Assembly: GCA_043799715.1 (NCBI GenBank)
Contig: JAZDNM010000003.1
Coordinates: 28,903 to 92,902, forward strand
Direction: 5' to 3'
Length of the DNA: 64,000 bases
Origin: an archaeon
GTDB lineage: Archaea; Nanobdellota; Nanobdellia; Pacearchaeales; DTIR01
Shown here: piece after piece, positions 1-7,528 of the stretch
Position numbering within the stretch: position 1 is the first letter of the stretch
Layout: every line of letters begins with the position of its first letter
Program-made: the position numbers and the translations under genes
Notes under the pieces: model-generated
What the model was told of the DNA's origin: nothing
Seen by the model: only the letters and a program-made list of their open reading frames with translations
The model's database searches: none

Positions 1-3000
1 CCTGATGAGTTCCGCGAGTTCTACAGGCAGGGCACTTACAAAAAGCAGTTTGATGCCGCGACATCTGGGACAGAATGGAAAACAATCTCATGGAATGTTT
101 CAAGATACTCAAAATTCGGGCAGGAACTGGCAAAAGATGATTCAACTGTTTTGCTGATGCATTTTAATAATGATTCAAGTGTTGGGGAGAATTACAACAA
201 TTCAAATGGCAGCGTGATAAATGATTACTCTGATGGCAACAACAACGGCACGCTTCATACTGGAATTGCAAATGGCATAACCTACTCTTCAACAGGCGGC
301 AAGTTTTCAGGAGCATTCACTTTTGACGGCAAGAATGATTATGTAAGCATTCCTAATAGTGCTGATTGGAATTTTGGCACTGCAAAAGATTTCACTATTG
401 ATTTATGGGCAATATTTAGAGATATAAGCTTAATTAAGGGGCTTGTTGTTGCAGATAACTCAGCCTATACGACTGGTTGGGAATGGATATGGCAAGGAGT
501 ATCAGGGAACCTTCAACTTTTTGAAGCAGGGGGGGCGGGGTCATCCAACATATTGTGGTCTCCCTCTACGAACACTTGGTATCATCTCGCTCTTGTGCGT
601 TCAGGCTCGAACAGTACGGTTTATGTTAATGGTGTCCGTATTGGCACATATCCTAATTATAATCTCAATAATGATAATAATGCCCTTATCGTGGGTGCTA
701 CTGGAGCTGGAACTGACCAATTTTTCAACGGCACCATCGACGAAGTCGCAATCTACAACAGAAGCTTGCGTGAAGATGAGATTCAGGACCACTTTGAAAG
801 GGGCGATGAAACAAGAAAAGTTTGGATGCAGACAAGAAGCTCTGCTAATAATGTGACTTGGGGAGAATGGACTGGAAACAAGGAGATGCCACAGCCAAAT
901 GAGCAGATAACAAATTCATCAACAGCGCAGAATGGCACTTTGCTTTCTCTAAGTTTTGATGATGCTTCGACAAAAACACAGACAATTGGGCAGAGGGGCT
1001 ACAAGGGGTATGATGGAGAAAAACCAGATGCTAATACTAAACTTCTGCTTCACATGGATGGAAGTGATGCTTCAACAACCTTCACAGATTCAAGCATATA
1101 TGGAAAATTGGTAACTGCTGTTGGTAACGCCCAGCTTGACACTGCCCAGAGCAAGTTCGGGGGAGCAAGCGGCTTGTTTGACGGCACTGGTGATTATCTT
1201 TCTATTCCAGATAGTGCTGATTGGGCTTTTGGAACAGGTGATTTTACTATTGATACTTGGGTGAGGTTTAATGTATTGCCTGGTGCTGGAAATTACCCGG
1301 CATTTGTCGGTCAAAGTGATGGTGGTCTTAGTGACTGGGTTTTCAGTATTCCTGAGTCAGGCAGCACCTATAAATTAAGAATGGCTGTTGGAGGTTCTGC
1401 GCAATATGGTGATTTTAAAATGACTAATAATTGGGGTGTATCTACTAATACTTGGTATCATCTTGCTTTTGTTAGAAGTGGCAGTAATGCATACATTTTC
1501 ATTGATGGAGTTTCGCAAGCATTGACTACAGATGCTACCTGGGGAATTTTCCCTGATTCTAGTGCTGTTCTAGCTATAGGAGGTCATGTAAGAGATAGTA
1601 AGTGGTTAGATGCATGGATGGATGAGTTTAGGATTATCAAAGGCATAGCCCGCTGGACTTCAAACTTCGCAGTTCCAACACAGGCATACGTTGCAGATAT
1701 TGTCTCGTCAGGCAAGTTTCTCTCTGCTTTCAATGTTTCAAGTTTTGGAGGCGGCACTCTAAAATATCCAACAGGAGCCAGCGCTGATACTGATACAGTC
1801 CTGTTATGCAGGTTTGACAATTCATATGCATGCGACACCGGGCAAAATGGGACAATGAGTGCTGATGGGTATACCAAACTGCTTCTGCATTTTGATGGGG
1901 GGGGCAATGGTACCACAACTTTCTTGGATTCTGAAACAACTCCCAAGGCAGTAACAGCAAATGGGCAGGTTTATATTAACACAGCGCAGAAAAAGTTTGG
2001 GGCGAGCTCAGGATTTTTTGATGGGGCTGGGGATTATCTTTCTTTGGCAGATAGTGATGACTGGGCATTTGGTTCAGAAGATTTCACAATTGATTTTTAT
2101 ATAAAGTGGGCTGGAAGCGTAACTGCTAATGCCGGATTACTTTCTCATTGGGCGGGTCCTCCAAATGATGATTGGAATATTTATTATGATACTAATGGAT
2201 TTACTTTTTACTATTCTGCTAATGGAACTTATCCACCTGGCTATTTCTTTTTCCCTTGGAGAGCCACCTTAAATAATTGGCATCATATTGCTTTTGTGAG
2301 AAATGGAAATAACTTTAAGTTGTATGCTGATGGAATTCAGGTTGGTTCTACTCAAGACATGACTGGCATTAGCTTATACAATGCAGCAACAACTTTAATT
2401 ATTGGAGATGTTCCTACTTGGGAGGTATATTTTAACGGCTTTCTCGATGAGGTTAGAATTAGCAAGGGCGTCGCGCGATGGACTTCCAATTTTGCCCCGC
2501 CGACTGCGCAGTATCCATTTGAGTTTGAAACAGGTAAATACGGGCAGGGCGCGAAGTTCAATGGCAATGTGAGTTATTTAACATTGAAAGACAGCGACGA
2601 CTGGAATTTTGGCAGCGGGGATTTCACGATTGATACATGGGTTAGATTTAATTCTATGGATGGAGCAGCCCAAACCCAAGTGTCTCAATATGTAGATGAC
2701 GATAATTTTTGGAGGATAGTTCACGATGGAACATCTACTTTTATTCTTCAATTCAAAAATGGTGCAGCTAATAAAGGCTATTATTTAGCTTCATGGACCC
2801 CAGTTATAAATACTTGGTATCACGTGACATGGGAAAGAAGCGGGAGCATTGCTCTACTTTTTATAAATGGAATATCTATAACTCCAACAGAAAATACCGC
2901 CTTTGGGAGTAATGATGTAGGTAATTTAGCTGCTAATCTTAATATTGGTAAAGGAATTTCAGCCGTTCAATATATGAACGGCACCCTCGACGAACTCCAC

Positions 3001-5196
3001 ATCACAAAGGGCAGGGCGCGCACACAAAATGAGATTTATAATGATTATTTTGGAAACCTGAATAAAACTGCCGGAACTATTGCGTTCTGGACAAAGCCAG
3101 AGGGCTGGAATGGAAATGACAGCAATCCACACATATTTTATGAAACATCTGATGCAGACAATGCAGCATTCATGAGAATAGGCAAGGATGCAGGAAACAA
3201 TTTGTTCTTTAATATGAATAATGGCACTGATAATGCCACAAAACTGCTCCTGCATTTTGATGGTGCAGATGCAAGCACAACATTTACTGACAGCTCCCCA
3301 ATTCCCAAAACAGTAACACCAAACGGAGGCGCGCAAATCAGCCAGGTTAGCACATCTGGCTTGTTTGATGGAGATAGTGATTATTTAACAGTTCCAGACA
3401 GTGCTGACTGGAATATGGGGACAGGAGCATTTACTGTTGATACTTGGGTGAGGTTTAATTCTTTAGCTGGAAATACTTATGCTTTATGGGGTCAGAGTAA
3501 CAACGCTACAACATCTGGTTGGGGATTATGGCATCAACATAGTACAAATACATTAGATTTTGTATTATATTTTGGTAGTACTTCTTTATATTTGACAGTT
3601 CCTTTTACTTCCGTTACTAATAATTGGTATCATATAGCCTTGGTTAGAGTAGATGATAGTAATGCAGCAACTGGTTGGAGAATTTTTATAGATGGGGTAT
3701 CTCAAACACTTACAAAAACATCGGGAAATTGGAATGCAGGTATATCAGATATAAGTGAATTATTCAGAGTAGGTTATAGTGTTAGCACAGGTCTTGCAGA
3801 TTTAAATGGCTGGATTGATGAATTTAGAGTCTCCAAAGGCATCGCGCGCTGGACTGGAAATTTTGTTCCTCAGACAGTGCCTTACACAACTGATTCCTCA
3901 ACAAAACTGCTCCTGCACATGGATGGAAGAGATGCCTCAACAACATTCACTGATGATACAGGAAAGACTGTTACAGCAGTGGGAACTGCGCAGATTGACA
4001 CAGCACAATATAAGGTTAATTCCCAGAAATTCAGCCAGGCTGCTTATTTTGATGGCAGCGGGGATTATCTCAATTTAAGTGACAGCGCTGACTGGGATTT
4101 CGGCTCGGGAGATTTTACTATTGATTGTTGGATTAGATATAATAATGTTCAAACATATTCTTTGCTTTCTCATTGGGGTGATTCTGGAAATAGGAATTTT
4201 GAAATCAACATAAATTCTGCTACTGTATATTTTTATTATGATAATGATGGTAATAATTTTCAATTTGGTTGGAGTCCATCAACTAATACTTGGTATCATG
4301 TAGCTGCAGTTAGAAATGGAAATGATTTTAAATTCTTCATTAATGGAATACAAAGTGGAGTTACTAAAAATGCTGCACTTATAAATTTTGGTGCGTCAAC
4401 AGCAAATCTTGTTGTAGGTAGAAGTATATGGGATGAATATTTTAATGGTTGGATGGACGAACTCCGTATCTCCAAAGGCATCGCGCGCTGGACAGGGAAT
4501 TTTGAGCCGCCAAAATTATCATATCCATATGAGAAGATTGTGTATTCGGATATTTCAAACTGGAGTGCGAATGTGTGGCAGCACGTTGCTGCCACTTGGG
4601 ACAATACGAGCATGAAGCTTTATATCAATGGAACGCAGGTTAACTCAACTGTTTCATCGCCTCTTGCCCTAAATTCAGTGAACCTTTCCTCCTCAATGAG
4701 GATTGGAAGCAATGCAGATGGCAGGGAAAACTGCCAATGCTCAATTGATGATTTTGCAATTTACAATTATCCAAAAACATCGCCAAAAACACTGGGATAT
4801 ACTGCTGATACAGGGGAGAATATCGCCTCGACTATCGGAAGATACATTGAGGCAAGGGCTATTTTTGCAACAAAGGATATTGAGAAGACAGTTGTCTTGG
4901 GAGAGATAACAATAACAGCAGAGGACTTGATTTTATGGAGCACTCCTTCATATGAAGGCACAACTCTGATTAACGGAAACAGCATGACTGTTACTGTCAA
5001 CTTTTCTGACACTTCCAATCATCTATATGATGTTGTGTGCAACATTACAAGTTCTGGAGGAACAAACATGTGGGGTGTTTATCTCCCTCCAAGCTATATG
5101 CTCAGCAATACAAGCATGAACATAACAGACACAATTGATGTTTCAAGCTGGAATGAAGGCAATTATTCCATGTCATGCAAAGTCAGGGATATTTAG
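1..5196 (+). CDS. Giant surface/secreted protein made of about 8 tandem LamG (concanavalin A-like lectin) domains; 5' end cut by the window edge
   Basis: Frame 1 is open from nt 1, with no stop before the track's TTG at 151, so the gene continues upstream. The recurring module is a TKLLLH(M/F)DG..ASTTFTDSS linker, then DG.GDYL..DS.DW.FG.GDFTID.W, NTWYH.A.VR.G, and DE.R(I/V)SKG(I/V)ARWT.NF.PP. Linker copies start near nt 139, 1036, 1873, 3238 and 3901. The protein is rich in N-x-S/T sequons. Confidence 0.8.
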   Translation, partial: PDEFREFYRQGTYKKQFDAATSGTEWKTISWNVSRYSKFGQELAKDDSTVLLMHFNNDSSVGENYNNSNGSVINDYSDGNNNGTLHTGIANGITYSSTGGKFSGAFTFDGKNDYVSIPNSADWNFGTAKDFTIDLWAIFRDISLIKGLVVADNSAYTTGWEWIWQGVSGNLQLFEAGGAGSSNILWSPSTNTWYHLALVRSGSNSTVYVNGVRIGTYPNYNLNNDNNALIVGATGAGTDQFFNGTIDEVAIYNRSLREDEIQDHFERGDETRKVWMQTRSSANNVTWGEWTGNKEMPQPNEQITNSSTAQNGTLLSLSFDDASTKTQTIGQRGYKGYDGEKPDANTKLLLHMDGSDASTTFTDSSIYGKLVTAVGNAQLDTAQSKFGGASGLFDGTGDYLSIPDSADWAFGTGDFTIDTWVRFNVLPGAGNYPAFVGQSDGGLSDWVFSIPESGSTYKLRMAVGGSAQYGDFKMTNNWGVSTNTWYHLAFVRSGSNAYIFIDGVSQALTTDATWGIFPDSSAVLAIGGHVRDSKWLDAWMDEFRIIKGIARWTSNFAVPTQAYVADIVSSGKFLSAFNVSSFGGGTLKYPTGASADTDTVLLCRFDNSYACDTGQNGTMSADGYTKLLLHFDGGGNGTTTFLDSETTPKAVTANGQVYINTAQKKFGASSGFFDGAGDYLSLADSDDWAFGSEDFTIDFYIKWAGSVTANAGLLSHWAGPPNDDWNIYYDTNGFTFYYSANGTYPPGYFFFPWRATLNNWHHIAFVRNGNNFKLYADGIQVGSTQDMTGISLYNAATTLIIGDVPTWEVYFNGFLDEVRISKGVARWTSNFAPPTAQYPFEFETGKYGQGAKFNGNVSYLTLKDSDDWNFGSGDFTIDTWVRFNSMDGAAQTQVSQYVDDDNFWRIVHDGTSTFILQFKNGAANKGYYLASWTPVINTWYHVTWERSGSIALLFINGISITPTENTAFGSNDVGNLAANLNIGKGISAVQYMNGTLDELHITKGRARTQNEIYNDYFGNLNKTAGTIAFWTKPEGWNGNDSNPHIFYETSDADNAAFMRIGKDAGNNLFFNMNNGTDNATKLLLHFDGADASTTFTDSSPIPKTVTPNGGAQISQVSTSGLFDGDSDYLTVPDSADWNMGTGAFTVDTWVRFNSLAGNTYALWGQSNNATTSGWGLWHQHSTNTLDFVLYFGSTSLYLTVPFTSVTNNWYHIALVRVDDSNAATGWRIFIDGVSQTLTKTSGNWNAGISDISELFRVGYSVSTGLADLNGWIDEFRVSKGIARWTGNFVPQTVPYTTDSSTKLLLHMDGRDASTTFTDDTGKTVTAVGTAQIDTAQYKVNSQKFSQAAYFDGSGDYLNLSDSADWDFGSGDFTIDCWIRYNNVQTYSLLSHWGDSGNRNFEININSATVYFYYDNDGNNFQFGWSPSTNTWYHVAAVRNGNDFKFFINGIQSGVTKNAALINFGASTANLVVGRSIWDEYFNGWMDELRISKGIARWTGNFEPPKLSYPYEKIVYSDISNWSANVWQHVAATWDNTSMKLYINGTQVNSTVSSPLALNSVNLSSSMRIGSNADGRENCQCSIDDFAIYNYPKTSPKTLGYTADTGENIASTIGRYIEARAIFATKDIEKTVVLGEITITAEDLILWSTPSYEGTTLINGNSMTVTVNFSDTSNHLYDVVCNITSSGGTNMWGVYLPPSYMLSNTSMNITDTIDVSSWNEGNYSMSCKVRDI
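5107..5196 (+). repeat. Copy 1 of the LamG gene tail repeat (the genuine 3' end, encoding NTSMNITDTIDVSSWNEGNYSMSCKVRDI*)
   Basis: This 90-nt segment recurs at 6370-6459 and partially at 7311-7338 (direct reading of the sequence). Confidence 0.7.
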
Positions 5197-5213
5197 AAAA
5201 GAAACCCCCCAAT

Positions 5214-5233
5214 CGTTACTTTAGAAAGTAACG
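5214..5233 (+). terminator. Perfect 9-bp hairpin just after the LamG stop codon; possible terminator or recombination-site structure
   Basis: The sequence is cgttacttt-ag-aaagtaacg. A second hairpin, aagtaatg-aa-cattactt, follows at about 5249-5266. Confidence 0.3.
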
Positions 5234-5277
5234 AAAGTTATTTAAATAAGTAATGAACATTACTTTTGTAGGTAAAG

Positions 5278-5895
5278 ATGATGTCAAAAGATGAATTAAA
5301 AATTTTAGGAGTGTTCAAAGAAAATCTATTCGGAGAATTTAGCATATCTGAGGTAATGAAAAAAGCAAACAAAAAAAGCAAACCGTGGGTATTCAACACC
5401 CTTAAGAAATTTGAAAAAGAGAAATTCTTATTATCTGGGAAAAAGGCGAATATAAACTTATACAAGGCAAATTTGGGAAACCCCCTCTTGATTCAAGCTT
5501 TCTTGTTTTTAGAAAGCCAGAGTTTAGTGAATTTCAAATACCTTGGCATTATAATCAAGATTATTGAAAAGATACCAGCAGAAAATTACTGCCTCTTGAT
5601 ATTTGGAAGTTACACTGAAAACAAGCAAAGGAATGATTCAGATTTAGACCTCTGCTTTTTAGTTGAGAATAAAGAATCTGAAAGCAAAATCAAGCCTTAT
5701 TTTAATGAAATTAAGCTTCTTTCTGAGGTTAAGATTGATGAGCATTACATCACCTTTGAGGATTTTGTTAGAATGCTCTTAAAAGATGAGGAAAATTTGG
5801 GAAAACAGATGTTCAAGAAGCACAAGACATTATTTAACGGCAACATATTTTATAAATTGGTGCTTAAAGCTCATAAAAATGGATTTAATGGATAG
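5278..5895 (+). CDS. Minimal nucleotidyltransferase (MNT family) with an N-terminal winged-helix region; putative antitoxin of an MNT/HEPN pair
   Basis: It carries the nucleotidyltransferase motif GSYTENKQRNDSDLDLCF (G-S...D-x-D). It overlaps the following HEPN gene. Confidence 0.75.
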   Translation: MMSKDELKILGVFKENLFGEFSISEVMKKANKKSKPWVFNTLKKFEKEKFLLSGKKANINLYKANLGNPLLIQAFLFLESQSLVNFKYLGIIIKIIEKIPAENYCLLIFGSYTENKQRNDSDLDLCFLVENKESESKIKPYFNEIKLLSEVKIDEHYITFEDFVRMLLKDEENLGKQMFKKHKTLFNGNIFYKLVLKAHKNGFNG

Positions 5896-6367
5896 GGCAA
5901 AATTGTATTTGCAAAGGGCAAAAAATGAATTAAATTTAGCGAGAGCAATCTTTAAACTGTCTTGCGAAGAGAAGTTAAAGACAGAATTTGAACTAACTGC
6001 TGATTCAACATTTTTTAGCAATGTTATAGCCAATTCTTATTACTGTATATTTTACTCTGCAAAGGCGATATTAGCAAGTAGAGGCATAAGAACATTTCCG
6101 CCAGAGGAGCACAAAAAAACACTCAATGAATTTGAAAAATTAGTAGATTCTGGCAAGATTGACATTGAATTATTGAGGATATACAAGTCAATTGTAGTGA
6201 AAGCAGAAGAGCTTCTTAATATATTCCAAAAAGAGAAAGGCAAGCGAGGAAAATTTACCTATCAAAAGCTCCCGCAGGCAAATTTACAGCCAGCAAGAGA
6301 GAGTTTGGATAATGCTGAAAAATTTTTCAGAAATATTTATTTGATTATTGAAAAAGAAACAAAATAA
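5879..6367 (+). CDS. HEPN domain protein, partner of the MNT gene
   Basis: The helical protein has the HEPN-type pattern YYCIFYSAKAILASRGIRTFPPEEHKKTLNEF. The ATG at 5879 (MDLMDRAKLYL) overlaps the MNT stop. The track's 5786 start lies inside the MNT gene and is unlikely. Confidence 0.7.
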   Translation: MDLMDRAKLYLQRAKNELNLARAIFKLSCEEKLKTEFELTADSTFFSNVIANSYYCIFYSAKAILASRGIRTFPPEEHKKTLNEFEKLVDSGKIDIELLRIYKSIVVKAEELLNIFQKEKGKRGKFTYQKLPQANLQPARESLDNAEKFFRNIYLIIEKETK

Positions 6368-6369
6368 TG

Positions 6370-6459
6370 AACACAAGCATGAACCTCACAGACACAATTG
6401 ATGTTTCAGGATGGACAGAAGGCAATTACAGCATGTCATGCAAAGTCAGGGATGTTTAA
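6370..6459 (+). repeat. Copy 2 of the LamG gene tail repeat, not attached to any long ORF
   Basis: The sequence aacacaagcatgaacctcacagacacaattgatgtttcaggatggacagaaggcaattacagcatgtcatgcaaagtcagggatgtttaa aligns without gaps to 5107-5196. It would encode NTSMNLTDTIDVSGWTEGNYSMSCKVRDV*. It begins 3 nt after the HEPN stop. Confidence 0.75.
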
Positions 6460-6518
6460 GCCCTATACCAATTTAACAGCAAAAATGTTACATAAGCAAC
6501 AAAAGATTAAAATGCATA

Positions 6519-6635
6519 ATGGAAACTGAAACCAAAATCATAAGGATGTTAATAGAAAAGAAGAGAGCTTTTACTATTAGAGAGAATATTGTCACAGAAA
6601 AGCATATATCAAAGAATAATAACCTTTATATATAA
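6519..6635 (+). pseudogene. Short ORF (38 aa) resembling the N-terminal winged-helix part of an MNT-type protein; possible cassette remnant
   Basis: METETKIIRMLIEKKRAFTIRENIV... parallels the N-terminus of the 5278 protein (KILGVFKENLFGEFSISEV). It is below the ORF-track size cutoff. Confidence 0.25.
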
Positions 6636-6670
6636 CTTTATATAAGTTATTATATACAAATATATAAAAA

Positions 6671-6931
6671 ATGGAACAAGAAATATTGCACTATCCAAAT
6701 TTAAGAACTGTCCTGATGGTAGAGAAAATTCTGAAAGAAGCAGAAACCACAATTTCTAGAACTGAACTAAAAGAAAGGCTGCCTAAAGGCATAATGCACC
6801 AAACCCTTAATTTGATTCTTGATTATTTAGAAAAAAGAGGAATGATAGTGGATATACATAAGGGAATATTGTGGATATACAATCCAAGCCCAAAACTAAA
6901 AGCTGCAATAGAAAAAGGGACAGAGGTTTAA
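6671..6931 (+). CDS. Small winged-helix DNA-binding protein, putative antitoxin
   Basis: The 86-aa protein abuts the next ORF directly (stop at 6929-6931, ATG at 6932). An AT-rich palindromic TATA-like region lies upstream at about 6620-6660. Confidence 0.5.
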   Translation: MEQEILHYPNLRTVLMVEKILKEAETTISRTELKERLPKGIMHQTLNLILDYLEKRGMIVDIHKGILWIYNPSPKLKAAIEKGTEV

Positions 6932-7309
6932 ATGTTCAGGGGAAAAGAGATTCATGTAGTATTTTCAGAAGAAGCAAGAGAAAGTTTTGACGAACTAAAC
7001 AAAGTTGTTGGTGAAGAGATTAAGAAGGATATAATGGCTTCTGTGCACCAAACCCTGCTTAAGTCCATAAACAGGGCAAAGGAATTGCTAAGAGAAAATC
7101 CTTTTGCAGGCATTCAAATACCCAAGAGCCGAATCCCCCGCAAATACCTTTTAAAGTATAATGTTACAAACCTCTGGAAAATAAACCTTTCAGATTTTTG
7201 GAGGATAGTTTATACTGCTACTGGCAACCAAGTTGAAATCATGGCTTTTGTTCTTGACATAGTTGACCATAAAACTTATGATAAGATATTTGGTTATAAG
7301 GGGAAGTAG
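6932..7309 (+). CDS. RelE/ParE-superfamily toxin-like protein
   Basis: The C-terminal pattern NLWKINLSDFWRIVYTATGNQVEIMAFVLDIVDHKTYDKIFGY is typical of RelE/ParE-fold addiction toxins. It is translationally coupled to the small upstream wHTH ORF. Confidence 0.55.
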   Translation: MFRGKEIHVVFSEEARESFDELNKVVGEEIKKDIMASVHQTLLKSINRAKELLRENPFAGIQIPKSRIPRKYLLKYNVTNLWKINLSDFWRIVYTATGNQVEIMAFVLDIVDHKTYDKIFGYKGK

Positions 7310-7310
7310 A

Positions 7311-7338
7311 GTGCTGAGCAACACAAACATGAATAATC
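7311..7338 (+). repeat. Copy 3 (partial) of the LamG tail region
   Basis: gtgctgagcaacacaaacatgaataatc matches atgctcagcaatacaagcatgaacataa at 5098-5125 at about 20 of 25 leading positions. It starts 2 nt after the toxin stop, the same relative position as copy 2. Confidence 0.4.
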
Positions 7339-7494
7339 TCCCAATAAGTTAAACAAATGTCCAAAAAATGAAAAAATACCTAAAAATAGGTAAAAAGAGA
7401 AGTAATAATTACCTCACTTCAAAATAAATCACAAAAATATCCAATATCACTATCCTCATCACACTCTCCAGATAAAAAGCAGGGAAAGCGAGAG

Positions 7495-7528
7495 GCGCGA
7501 GAAATCCCGGGATTTCGAAATGTCTCGC
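7495..7528 (+). promoter_or_regulatory. Nested palindrome enclosing the start codon of the 7520 gene
   Basis: There is a perfect 16-nt palindrome gaaatcccgggatttc at 7501-7516. It is flanked by gcgaga (7495-7500) and tctcgc (7523-7528), and the ATG (7520-7522) sits in the internal bulge. Confidence 0.35.

Noticed and set aside
443-5018. Many 60-137-aa ORFs on both strands inside the LamG gene (for example 443-856, 1584-1946, 2959-3336, 4296-4613)
   Set aside because: They lie entirely within, or antisense to, a long ORF with clear repeated domain structure. Their sequences are low-complexity and carry no motifs, so they are shadow ORFs.
5786-5878. The upstream extension of the HEPN ORF (track start at 5786)
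   Set aside because: The extension overlaps the last 110 nt of the MNT gene in another frame. The ATG at 5879 gives the usual short-overlap MNT/HEPN junction and a sensible HEPN N-terminus.
5098-7352. Interpreting the TA cassette array as a classical integron
   Set aside because: No IntI-type recombinase and no attC-like imperfect inverted repeats with R''/R' boxes could be recognised. The repeats are copies of a coding gene tail. I kept this only as an analogy in the finding.
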